The position numbers were made by a program, and so were the translations under genes. From a virus (lineage: Duplodnaviria > Caudoviricetes): DNA of 44,423 nucleotides. This document shows, one piece after another, positions 27,473 to 34,854 of the stretch. A model generated the notes under the pieces. The model saw only the letters and a program-made list of their open reading frames with translations, had not been told where the DNA came from and searched no databases. Location: positions 1 to 44,423 of IMG/VR virus record IMGVR_UViG_3300022666_000034. One strand, given 5' to 3'. Every line of letters starts with the position of its first letter. Within the stretch, counting starts at the first letter, position 1.

Positions 27473-27583
27473 ATCGGGGGGCTTCTTGGGGAAAAGCAGT
27501 TCTGCCAACACTCGATCTACGGCCCCTATCAACCAGCAGACAAAGTAAATGCCAAAAAGGACAAGCAGGATTTTCCAGATCAT
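27452..27583 (-). CDS. Small antisense single-TM membrane protein (43 aa)
   Basis: MIWKILLVLFGIYFVCWLIGAV; GAAAGGGGG RBS; convergent with the ejection gene. Confidence 0.5.
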   Translation of the reverse strand: MIWKILLVLFGIYFVCWLIGAVDRVLAELLFPKKPPDSFWFKR

Positions 27584-27647
27584 ACCAGCACCCCCTTTCA
27601 ACGTGACAATATCATAACCGCGCGACAAGTCAACAGGAGCAAACATC

Positions 27648-28085
27648 ATGCCAAATATGAACTTTTTCAACGACTTCAGCGAACAGCTAGGAAGAGGTGT
27701 CCACCAGTTCGGAACGCATACCTTCAAGTTAGCCCTCACCAACTCCGCGCCGATCGCCACAAACACCATCCTTGGAAACATCACGCAGATAGCGGGGGAG
27801 AATGGCTATACCACGGGCGGGGAGACGGTGACGATTGGTATCAGTGAGACCACAGGGACGACGACCGTCACCGGAGACGCCGTTACCTGGACCGCCTCCG
27901 GGGCGGTGGGTCCGTTCCGGTACTATGTCCTATACAACGACTCCGCCACATCGCCCCTTGATGCTCTGGTGGGCTGGTGGGACCACGGCAGCGCGGTTAC
28001 TCTGGCGTCTGGCGACACCTTCACAGCTAGATTTAACAGCAAGGATACAGCGGGTGAAATATTGACTTTGGCTCCGGCGGCATAA
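27648..28085 (+). CDS. Virion structural protein (tail-associated)
   Basis: HTFKLALTN...NGYTTGG...GPFRYYVLYND...LVGWWDHG motif; AGGAG RBS. Confidence 0.75.
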   Translation: MPNMNFFNDFSEQLGRGVHQFGTHTFKLALTNSAPIATNTILGNITQIAGENGYTTGGETVTIGISETTGTTTVTGDAVTWTASGAVGPFRYYVLYNDSATSPLDALVGWWDHGSAVTLASGDTFTARFNSKDTAGEILTLAPAA

Positions 28086-28098
28086 CAGGAGGCTATCA

Positions 28099-29241
28099 AT
28101 GGCTGTCACACATGCTTTCACATTGGCCATAGAGGATGGCGCGGACGATACCGTTGTCCGGTCTTCCGACTGGAATGCATCACACACACTGAGCAACGCG
28201 CTCGGGGCCATTGACGGGCTTACACCAGCGGCCAGCAAGATACCGTACTTTACCGGCGCGGCGGCGGCTACTCTCACCGACATTACCGCGACAGGCATAT
28301 CGCTGATAGGTGCGACGGATGCGGCGGCAGGAAGGGCGGCTCTCGGCCTCGGCAGCATTGCAACGCAGGATGCGGGCAGTATTTCACTGACTGGCGTGTT
28401 GTCACTGGCTGTAGCGTCCGGCGAGCATATCTTCTGCAAGACCAACGACGCGCCGAACAGTAACCAGAGCTGCATCTTTGTCCTACGCCATTATTCGTCA
28501 GCGTCAGAGGAATCAGCTACAGCGTTCAGGCTGGTGTCGGAGTCTGGAGTGAACCAGCTCTACCTTGGTGGCGGTGCGCTGGACCACAACGCCTGTACGA
28601 TGATTAAGTTTTATACCGCTTCGAACAACACTACCAAGACCGGTACGGAGAGGGCGAGATTCAATAACGCCGGGCGGTTCCTGGTCAACACCACGACTGA
28701 CAACGGTGTTGATATCGCGCAGTTCAATGGCTCAATCCTGACATCGGGGATCGCACTTGGAACGACAGCATCGATTTCCACGTCCCAAATCGGGCCAGTG
28801 ACAACGGATGGTTCCGATACAGCATCATACGTGCTCCGTGGCGGCGGGTCCGGAGCAGCAACACGCGGAGCATTCGTTGCTTGCTACGGCAATGAACACG
28901 CCTCATATCCCGGCACACTGAACCTTAATGTTGGTTCGACCGGGACGCTTTGTGTCTACACCAGCACGGGCTTTAAGAGGCTGGAAATACTCGCAGCCGG
29001 TCGCATCCTGGCCGGGCCTACTCCACCTACTGACGACGAAACCAACGCCTTTCAGCTCGGCGGAGACATGACCGTATCCGGTGTGTATAAGGTGGATGGT
29101 ACTCAGGTGGTAAGCAACAGGGTGGTGGATGCGAGGATTGACGACACGGTAAACGAGTCCACATGGGACTCCACAACAGCCGGGGTGCTGGACGCAATCA
29201 GGGATGCAATGATTACACATGGCCTGATGGCGGCGGCGTAA
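28099..29241 (+). CDS. Tail fibre protein
   Basis: KIPYFTGAAAATLTDIT...RAALGLGSIATQ and ERARFNNAGRFLVNTTTDNG fibre motifs. Confidence 0.8.
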   Translation: MAVTHAFTLAIEDGADDTVVRSSDWNASHTLSNALGAIDGLTPAASKIPYFTGAAAATLTDITATGISLIGATDAAAGRAALGLGSIATQDAGSISLTGVLSLAVASGEHIFCKTNDAPNSNQSCIFVLRHYSSASEESATAFRLVSESGVNQLYLGGGALDHNACTMIKFYTASNNTTKTGTERARFNNAGRFLVNTTTDNGVDIAQFNGSILTSGIALGTTASISTSQIGPVTTDGSDTASYVLRGGGSGAATRGAFVACYGNEHASYPGTLNLNVGSTGTLCVYTSTGFKRLEILAAGRILAGPTPPTDDETNAFQLGGDMTVSGVYKVDGTQVVSNRVVDARIDDTVNESTWDSTTAGVLDAIRDAMITHGLMAAA

Positions 29242-29253
29242 AGGAGACGGGAA

Positions 29254-29517
29254 ATGGCGTTATCACAGGCGATAGACTTCAACGGGATAGCGGTCCCATC
29301 AGCATATATCCGAATAGACCGCATCTTCGGCGGGAAAAGGGAAGGGTGGAACGCCGTGGTGTCCGTCTACGCATCCGCTGATGCGGCGGCAACATGCGAA
29401 CCCTTGGAACAATTCAACGCTTCAACCGAGTATTCCGCGATTGAGGAAAACCCCTATGTTCTGCTCTACCGGGCAATCAAGGGGATGGACGAGTACGCGG
29501 AAGCCAAAGACTGCTAG
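29254..29517 (+). CDS. Putative tail fibre assembly protein
   Basis: MAL...GIAVPSAYIRID...YRAIK...AKDC pattern, directly after the fibre gene. Confidence 0.6.
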   Translation: MALSQAIDFNGIAVPSAYIRIDRIFGGKREGWNAVVSVYASADAAATCEPLEQFNASTEYSAIEENPYVLLYRAIKGMDEYAEAKDC

Positions 29518-29529
29518 AAAGGATTGCAA

Positions 29530-29679
29530 ATGTCTGAAATTATTGAGAAAAAAGCGCAAGTGTTTGACCTGTTGAAACGCAGAGAGCTGTTGGTTGGGGA
29601 AGTGAAGGGGATTGAGGCGGAAGTTAATAGACTGGCAACGGAGATAGCGGAACTCGAAACGGAGTGTTCCGAAGGATAG
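29530..29679 (+). CDS. Small coiled-coil protein (49 aa; not in the ORF track)
   Basis: MSEIIEKKAQVFDLLKRRELLVGEVKGIEAEVNRLATEIAELETECSEG; AAAGGA RBS. Confidence 0.65.
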   Translation: MSEIIEKKAQVFDLLKRRELLVGEVKGIEAEVNRLATEIAELETECSEG

Positions 29680-29682
29680 CCA

Positions 29683-30258
29683 ATGGCATCAGCCTTTCAG
29701 TCAAACGCCTTCCAGTCAAATGCCTTCCAGGTCGAGGCAGCGACAGCCGTTGAAAGCATCGCCCTTCCGGGAACGTTCGAGCTTACCGGCATTGCAGCAG
29801 CATCGGCTGTTGCGGTTCTGTCTGTCGCCTCTCCGGGGGCGTTTACTCTCACCGGCAATGCGGCTACGTCCGTTGTGGCGGTCGTATCCGTGGCGGCGAC
29901 AGGGGAATATGCAATCACTGGCATTGCATCGTCGGGCGTCACAGCAAGGACCAGCATTGCCTTGCCGGGGGTATTTACTTTCACCGGCGTATCGGCAACA
30001 TCGTCTTGTGCGTGGCGAAGTGTGGCCCTTCCGGGCGCGTTTACTATCACTGGCATTGCAGCGGTATCGTCCGTCACCACGTCCGGTATCCACACAAGCA
30101 TAGCACTACCAGGGGCGTTCGCTATCACCGGATTTAGCGCAACGTCACGGGTCACAGGGCGGCATGAGTATAATGATTCCGGCATTAGATCACAGTATAC
30201 AGATGCGGGATTGAGAAGCGCATACAATGATTCAGGGCTGAGACACGCCTACTCATAG
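29683..30258 (+). CDS. Repeat-rich virion protein
   Basis: AFQSN repeats, six SxAxxGxF/YxxTG repeats, three C-terminal YxDxGxR repeats. Confidence 0.7.
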   Translation: MASAFQSNAFQSNAFQVEAATAVESIALPGTFELTGIAAASAVAVLSVASPGAFTLTGNAATSVVAVVSVAATGEYAITGIASSGVTARTSIALPGVFTFTGVSATSSCAWRSVALPGAFTITGIAAVSSVTTSGIHTSIALPGAFAITGFSATSRVTGRHEYNDSGIRSQYTDAGLRSAYNDSGLRHAYS

Positions 30259-30270
30259 GAGGCCGGGGAA

Positions 30271-30519
30271 TTGACACGACCAGATTACAGAGGATGGTTG
30301 ACAGATGAAGATGTGGCAAGGATTGTCGCAGCAATGGAGCATTCGCACAGGTGCAGCAGTTTCAACGAAGAGGAACGCCAAATAATTCATGACATGGCGA
30401 CAGGAGGCAAGCTGATGAAAAAGGCAATAATTTATATTATCGTTGCCGTTGCACTTTATGCTATACTCGCGAAGTCAGCACTACTCAAGGTAGGACAAGT
30501 GATAGGATTGATAAAATAA
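30271..30519 (+). CDS. Putative holin/antiholin-like membrane protein
   Basis: C-terminal TM segment AIIYIIVAVALYAILA; start of the lysis region; GGAGG RBS with TTG start. Confidence 0.5.
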   Translation: MTRPDYRGWLTDEDVARIVAAMEHSHRCSSFNEEERQIIHDMATGGKLMKKAIIYIIVAVALYAILAKSALLKVGQVIGLIK

Positions 30520-30680
30520 TGGTGAAGCCTTCGGAAGACTGTCCTGATGATTGCCCCGCACTTGGTAAATCCGCATTGTCTCATGTGCTGAATCCCGGCT
30601 GTGTGTTCAAAGATGCGGCGGGTGTAAAGGTTCAGACTGCAAAAGCCAGCAATGCGGGTAAAAAGGGGCGGATGATATGA
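30519..30680 (+). CDS. Small Cys-containing protein (53 aa)
   Basis: TAATG coupling to the upstream gene, ATGA coupling downstream. Confidence 0.5.
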   Translation: MVKPSEDCPDDCPALGKSALSHVLNPGCVFKDAAGVKVQTAKASNAGKKGRMI

Positions 30681-30853
30681 CTTGTAAACTTCGTTGCCCA
30701 CTGAACGGGCAGATATGCGAGGGATGTATGAACGATGATTCCCCGGTAGATGGTCCCGATCCTGATATGTATGGCGACGGGCACCCTCACGAAGACGATT
30801 GGGATTGCAATTTCAGTATCCTGCCACACAACGCGGGAACATGGGGTATATGA
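30677..30853 (+). CDS. Small Cys/Asp-rich protein (58 aa)
   Basis: MTCKLRCPLNGQICEGC...; ATGA overlaps at both ends. Confidence 0.55.
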   Translation: MTCKLRCPLNGQICEGCMNDDSPVDGPDPDMYGDGHPHEDDWDCNFSILPHNAGTWGI

Positions 30854-30969
30854 CGTGCCGGAATTGCGGAGGGTCTGACTTTTGGGAGTCGGCGCGGGTG
30901 GCCGGTCTGTTCGTTTGCAGGACGTGTCACCCTCCGGCTCCAGGCGCGGAGAAGGTGCATGGAAGATAA
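30850..30969 (+). CDS. Small zinc-ribbon protein (39 aa)
   Basis: MTCRNCGGSDFW...FVCRTCHPPAP. Confidence 0.6.
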   Translation: MTCRNCGGSDFWESARVAGLFVCRTCHPPAPGAEKVHGR

Positions 30970-31084
30970 GCGATGCAGCAACTGCCTCTGGTATCAAATG
31001 CGCTGGCAACAATGCGCGAAAACGAATCTGCCAACCAGCAAGAGCCGGACGTGTCGGGAATGGCAGGATGTAGACGAGGAATAA
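30959..31084 (+). CDS. Small Cys-rich protein (41 aa)
   Basis: MEDKRCSNCLWY...CAK...TCREW; ends 1 nt before the endolysin ATG. Confidence 0.55.
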   Translation: MEDKRCSNCLWYQMRWQQCAKTNLPTSKSRTCREWQDVDEE

Positions 31085-31085
31085 A

Positions 31086-31418
31086 ATGTCACTGAGAGAA
31101 CAGCAGTCGAAATTCGCCGCCATGGTCGCGGACCTCATCAAAAAAGCCGGAGAGATGGGCTACGAAGTGACCCTGGGCGACGCCTACCGCGATCCCCGGC
31201 TCCACGGCAACCCAGGCGTGAAAAAGGGGTACAGTTCCGCCAATTCGTTCCATAAATCGAGACTCGCAATCGACCTCAACCTGTTTCGCGACGGGAAATA
31301 CCTATCCTCCAGCGACGATCACAGGCCCCTCGGTGAATGGTGGGAATCAATCGGAGGGACATGGGGCGGTCGCTGGAAAGACGGCAATCATTATTCCCTT
31401 GGTGAAGGCAAGGGGTAG
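31086..31418 (+). CDS. Endolysin, peptidase M15 family (L-Ala-D-Glu peptidase-like)
   Basis: GDAYRD...SFHKSRLAIDLNLF...WESIGGTWGGRW.DGNHYS. Confidence 0.88.
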   Translation: MSLREQQSKFAAMVADLIKKAGEMGYEVTLGDAYRDPRLHGNPGVKKGYSSANSFHKSRLAIDLNLFRDGKYLSSSDDHRPLGEWWESIGGTWGGRWKDGNHYSLGEGKG

Positions 31419-31510
31419 GTATAGGTTGCCAGATAAAAATCGATTGTAGAGCCTCTCAGAGCTTTGCACACGTAAACCCGCGTGAATAGTGGGTTTACAA
31501 AGGAGACGAT

Positions 31511-31687
31511 ATGAAGAATTGGAAATCTACACTTTTCGGCGGGATAACAGCGGCGGGTATCGGTATGGCGCAGTCTGGCGACGGCATTGTTCAGACCATC
31601 GGACAGGTGCTATCGGTAATCGGCCCGATACTGCTCGGACTATTCGCCAAGGATGCAAACGTTACCGGCGGCACGGTGCAAAAGTAA
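31511..31687 (+). CDS. Holin-like small membrane protein (58 aa; not in the ORF track)
   Basis: MKNWKSTLFGGITAAGI...GPILLGLFAKD; two hydrophobic segments; AAGGAG RBS. Confidence 0.7.
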   Translation: MKNWKSTLFGGITAAGIGMAQSGDGIVQTIGQVLSVIGPILLGLFAKDANVTGGTVQK

Positions 31688-31730
31688 CCCCTCCCCACAT
31701 TCCTTTCACCAGCAGCACTCTCCTTGACTC

Positions 31731-31756
31731 GCCCGGTGCAATGTCGGGCATTTTTT
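31731..31756 (+). terminator. Intrinsic terminator ending the late operon
   Basis: GCCCGG...TCGGGC stem followed by ATTTTTT. Confidence 0.6.
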
Positions 31757-31834
31757 AAAAACAACAGCACCCCTCACGCCGACGCAATGAGGTTGGGGAT
31801 TCCTGGCCAGGCGCACCATGAGGGGTCTTTTTTA

Positions 31835-32055
31835 TGCGCCACAGAAAGTGCGCCAAAGATGCGCCACTGGAAATAAAAAGGGGCTACGGAAATCTACCGT
31901 AACCCCTTGAAATTATGGCGGGCGGTGCCGGACTCGAACCGGCGACCCCAGGCTTCGGAGTTATAGGGCCGATCCCGTGGAGCGTTGCCAGTAGCGGGTT
32001 CACGGCTTCTTTCTCTGGCGCATTGCGCCACTGGATTTGCGCCCGAATTGCGCCA
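31835..32055. repeat. Integrase arm-type binding sites (TGCGCCA triplets) flanking the attP core
   Basis: TGCGCCA at 31835, 31849, 31860 and at 32024, 32038 (TGCGCCC), 32049; identical 14/11-bp spacing on both arms. Confidence 0.75.
31916..31960 (-). other. attP core: 3' half of a tRNA-Arg(CCG) gene
   Basis: Minus strand CTCCGAAGCCTGGGGTCGCCGGTTCGAGTCCGGCACCGCCCGCCA = anticodon loop, T-arm with GTTCGA, acceptor strand and CCA; no 5' half; adjacent to the integrase. Confidence 0.88.
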
Positions 32056-33148
32056 ACTCATCTTGTAGGTGCTGCGGCGTCAACGTCAAATACCGCTCAG
32101 TAGTCTTGATGCTGGCGTGACCGTATGCCAGTTGCAAAGCGCGGAGGCTGATACCGGATTGCAGGGCGTGGACTCCAAACGCATCGCGGAGGATGTGAGG
32201 GTGGAGAAGCGAAGGCGGATATCCGGACCTGGCCGCGCCCCTCTTTACTGGCTTCTTCAAGTCCTGATACGGCAGCTCTGTTTCCTTGTTGATCCATAGA
32301 TAGCCTGGCTTCCATGCCTTCCTGAGCCATGCCCGCATTTTGGGGTGTATTGGCATGGTCCTTGTCCGGTCGCCCTTCCCCTTCACGTATATCCACCCAT
32401 GCACGACATCCACCTGTTCGCCTTGCAATTTCAGAACTTCATTCTTTCGAAACCCCCCATAATATATCACTGCGAAGATGGACCGGTATACCCTGTCCTT
32501 GCCCGACAACGCCCGGAGGAACAGGAGGACAGACCGACGATCCGGAACGACCTTTTGCGGCGGCGCAACTTGCCGGGCGGTAAAGTTGCGGATCTTGAAG
32601 TTCAGCGGTTCCGCTAGACATTGTTCCGGGTCCGTCATCCAGCGGATAATTGCCTTCAGATAATTCAACTCCTTCTGGATCACCCTCTTGCCTATCGGCT
32701 TTCGCGCTTTCGCCTGTTCTGGCGTGTCTTCTCCAGGTAATTGCCCGTGGTGGCCGGGAAGGTACGTGTCGCTCATCCGCTTTGACTTGTACTGCTCTAT
32801 ATATGCAGGGGTGAGGTGAGATGGGCGCATATGGCCGAAAAATGGCTTTAGATGGCGATTCCAGACAATGAGGAAATCGGCGTATGTGGTCTCTGACGTG
32901 CTATGGCGGTAATATTCGCAGAAGTCCGGCCATACCTGTTCTATCGTCGGGGCAAGTTTGGCGGCGGGCTTTTTAGCGGTCTTGAGTAGGTCGGCGTAGT
33001 AGGCAAGTGCTTCGGCGCGGGTGCCGCGAAAATGGAAATATTCCCGTTTATTCGAGGGTTTCCCGGTTTTAGGGTCTTTCTTTCGCCCCTCCGGATACCA
33101 TCGAATAATCCACGCTCCGGGATATTTGGGATGAGGGGTTATTGACAT
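32000..33148 (-). CDS. int: Tyrosine recombinase (phage integrase)
   Basis: Catalytic R (GFRKNE), K (KGKG), HxxR (HILRD), H (YGH), Y (TTERY). Confidence 0.93.
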   Translation of the reverse strand: MSITPHPKYPGAWIIRWYPEGRKKDPKTGKPSNKREYFHFRGTRAEALAYYADLLKTAKKPAAKLAPTIEQVWPDFCEYYRHSTSETTYADFLIVWNRHLKPFFGHMRPSHLTPAYIEQYKSKRMSDTYLPGHHGQLPGEDTPEQAKARKPIGKRVIQKELNYLKAIIRWMTDPEQCLAEPLNFKIRNFTARQVAPPQKVVPDRRSVLLFLRALSGKDRVYRSIFAVIYYGGFRKNEVLKLQGEQVDVVHGWIYVKGKGDRTRTMPIHPKMRAWLRKAWKPGYLWINKETELPYQDLKKPVKRGAARSGYPPSLLHPHILRDAFGVHALQSGISLRALQLAYGHASIKTTERYLTLTPQHLQDELAQFGRKSSGAMRQRKKP

Positions 33149-33194
33149 CTATACCACCTGCACTTATCTCCAAGAGTTACTTCCATTAAAGTTA

Positions 33195-33223
33195 TTGACA
33201 CTTGGTAATGTGGGTTTTATATT
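33195..33223 (+). promoter_or_regulatory. Sigma70-type promoter for the small gene at 33255
   Basis: TTGACA-17bp-TATATT. Confidence 0.65.
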
Positions 33224-33254
33224 CTATCCAAAACTTTTGACGGAGGTAAGGCGA

Positions 33255-33407
33255 ATGAACAAATTGGATAACGAACCTGTTCCGACAAACCGCGCAATCC
33301 AGCCCGATGAACTGCTACTGTTGATCAAAGGAACCCTCAATCTAAAAGACGTTCCACCAGCAAACAAAATCAAAGCTCTCACGTACCTTCTTGACAAAAT
33401 CACTTAA
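33255..33407 (+). CDS. Small hypothetical protein (50 aa) convergent with the repressor
   Basis: GGAGG RBS and its own promoter. Confidence 0.6.
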   Translation: MNKLDNEPVPTNRAIQPDELLLLIKGTLNLKDVPPANKIKALTYLLDKIT

Positions 33408-33690
33408 CCCCTCTCGTTAGCATCAACAGAAATTCCCTTCTAATTTCAGCGGGGAGGCGGTCAATGTTTACGAGCGTCTCCCCAAAATCATACACCTCAG
33501 CCGGGTCTAGTTTGTAGTGAGTCACAATCTGATCTACTGTTTCCGGGTCCGGCGTCGCCGTCCTTCCGGTCATTAGGTTTGACAACGTGCCATGGTTCCC
33601 GCCCATTTGTTCTGCAATCCACCTTAACGACCTGTCGTTATCCAAATCCGCTTGTATTGCCTTCTGTAAAACTTCCTTTTTTACTCTCAT
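33400..33690 (-). CDS. XRE-family HTH repressor (cI-like, no peptidase domain)
   Basis: SLRWIAEQMGGNHGTLSNLMTGRTATPDPETVDQI; divergent from cro, same strand as int. Confidence 0.8.
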   Translation of the reverse strand: MRVKKEVLQKAIQADLDNDRSLRWIAEQMGGNHGTLSNLMTGRTATPDPETVDQIVTHYKLDPAEVYDFGETLVNIDRLPAEIRREFLLMLTRGVK

Positions 33691-33764
33691 TTAACTTAAC
33701 CCCCTAAAATATTGTGTAATTTCGTGCTTACCTTTATTCCATAATTATCTATAAAAAAACTTTT

Positions 33765-33841
33765 TGTCAAACAGATTTTTTTATTGACAGCTTGCCCGTG
33801 GTAAGATATCTTACCGCTCGACTTGGTAAGACAACTTACCA
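33765..33841. promoter_or_regulatory. Genetic switch: divergent promoters and two palindromic operators
   Basis: TTGACA (33784)-17bp-TATCTT rightward; TTGACA leftward at 33765-70; operators GGTAAGATATCTTACC (33800-15) and GGTAAGACAACTTACC (33825-40). Confidence 0.8.
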
Positions 33842-33861
33842 CAATGGATAAGGAGCTATAC

Positions 33862-34089
33862 ATGTGGAACTTTGCGAAAGACAGGATCAAGGCTCTCAGG
33901 GAGATGAAGGGGCTTAAACAGTCCGAATTTGCTGCATCTCTCGGGGTGCCGAAACAAACAATTCATGCGTGGGAGTCGGGGAAGATAAGCCCCTCTATTG
34001 CAAGCCTTATCAAGATTTGCAACGCGCACGAATGCCAGCCGGGATATTTTTTTACCTGCAATGGTAAAGCGTCTATCCAAAATGGATAG
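33862..34089 (+). CDS. Cro-like XRE HTH protein
   Basis: RIKALREMKGLKQSEFAASLGVPKQTIHAWESGKISPS; AAGGAG RBS. Confidence 0.88.
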   Translation: MWNFAKDRIKALREMKGLKQSEFAASLGVPKQTIHAWESGKISPSIASLIKICNAHECQPGYFFTCNGKASIQNG

Positions 34090-34103
34090 CAAAAATCTTC
34101 TGG

Positions 34104-34162
34104 GGAACACGGCGAGGAACGAGGCAAGGCAAGGCAAGGCATAGCAAGGCGAGGCGAGGAAT
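34104..34162 (+). repeat. Non-coding (GGC-NN)n pentamer array 1, candidate guide RNA
   Basis: GGAAC-AC-GGC-GA-GGAAC-GA-(GGC-AA)x3-GGC-AT-AGC-AA-GGC-GA-GGC-GA-GGAAT, between cro and the next gene. Confidence 0.85.
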
Positions 34163-34183
34163 CTAAGACAGAAAGGAATTGTG

Positions 34184-34639
34184 ATGAACTCATCAGGGCG
34201 AGTGTACTTCAAGGGGAACTCAACGAATGTAGATGTTCGCAAGTTGCAAGAAAAATGGCCGGAATCGGCCATGAAGCCAGGCGATATCATCAGATATGAG
34301 GAACTGGCGGAAGTTCTTAGCATGGAACTAGGGACGAACAGATTTAAGACCATCATCAACCGATGGCGGAATCTTATCGAAGCCAGCACGGGCAAGCGTC
34401 TTGCCGCGATTGACGGCAGACTGCAAGTGCTGACGGAACCGGAAAAGCTATTTGCCGTCGAAAGTAAAAGCCGGTCGATCATGCGGCAGTCACGCAAGAA
34501 TCTATTACGGACGACCTACGTTGACCGAAAGGCGTTGAGCGATGATGAAAAAATGCGACTGGATCATGTGACGATGAACGAAAGTCGGATCGTGGCCATA
34601 AGGCAACTACGGGAATGGGTGCCATTGCCGGAGATGTAG
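34184..34639 (+). CDS. Hypothetical protein between the GGC-NN arrays (candidate accessory of the RAMP-like system)
   Basis: AAAGGA RBS; 151 aa; helical with a possible winged-helix N-terminal half. Confidence 0.8.
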   Translation: MNSSGRVYFKGNSTNVDVRKLQEKWPESAMKPGDIIRYEELAEVLSMELGTNRFKTIINRWRNLIEASTGKRLAAIDGRLQVLTEPEKLFAVESKSRSIMRQSRKNLLRTTYVDRKALSDDEKMRLDHVTMNESRIVAIRQLREWVPLPEM

Positions 34640-34830
34640 CGAGGAACGTGGCCTGGCAGGGCAAGCGCGAGGCGAGGCGGGGCAAGGCACGGCTAGGCAA
34701 GCGCGAGGCGAGGAACAGGGCCAGGCGAGGCGTGGCAAGGCATGGCTAGGCAGGGCGCGAGGCGAGGAACACGGCGAGGCGGGGCAAGGCATGGCACGGC
34801 CCGGCGGGCGCGAGGCGAGGAACACGGCAA
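34639..34830 (+). repeat. Non-coding (GGC-NN)n pentamer array 2 with a GCGCGAGGCGAGGAAC delimiter, candidate multi-unit guide RNA
   Basis: Invariant GGC alternating with variable dinucleotides; delimiter at 34701-16, 34755-70 and 34808-23. Confidence 0.9.
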
Positions 34831-34854
34831 TCAAACTTATCAAGGGGAGAATAA

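Noticed and set aside
28099-29241. Diversity-generating retroelement acting on the tail fibre
   Set aside because: No reverse transcriptase gene and no TR/VR repeat pair found
31916-31960. Functional phage tRNA gene
   Set aside because: Only the anticodon loop to CCA is present; the 5' acceptor strand and D-arm are missing, so it is an attP core
33979-33992. Self-target of array unit 3 (GG-AA-AT-AC-CC) in cro (GGgAAgATaAGcCC, 9/10 with one-base gaps)
   Set aside because: The flanking dinucleotides do not match and a few such 9/10 hits are expected by chance in this genome; worth retesting against cro genes of related phages
34639-34830. Canonical CRISPR array
   Set aside because: The 16-nt delimiter is short and non-palindromic, the 'spacers' are themselves GGC-NN periodic rather than foreign sequence, and there is no cas1/cas2
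34479-34843. Minus-strand ORFs (34479-34700, 34607-34843) through the GGC repeats
   Set aside because: Low-complexity Pro/Arg/Ala/Cys translations of a stop-free repeat, antisense to the operon, with no clear RBS
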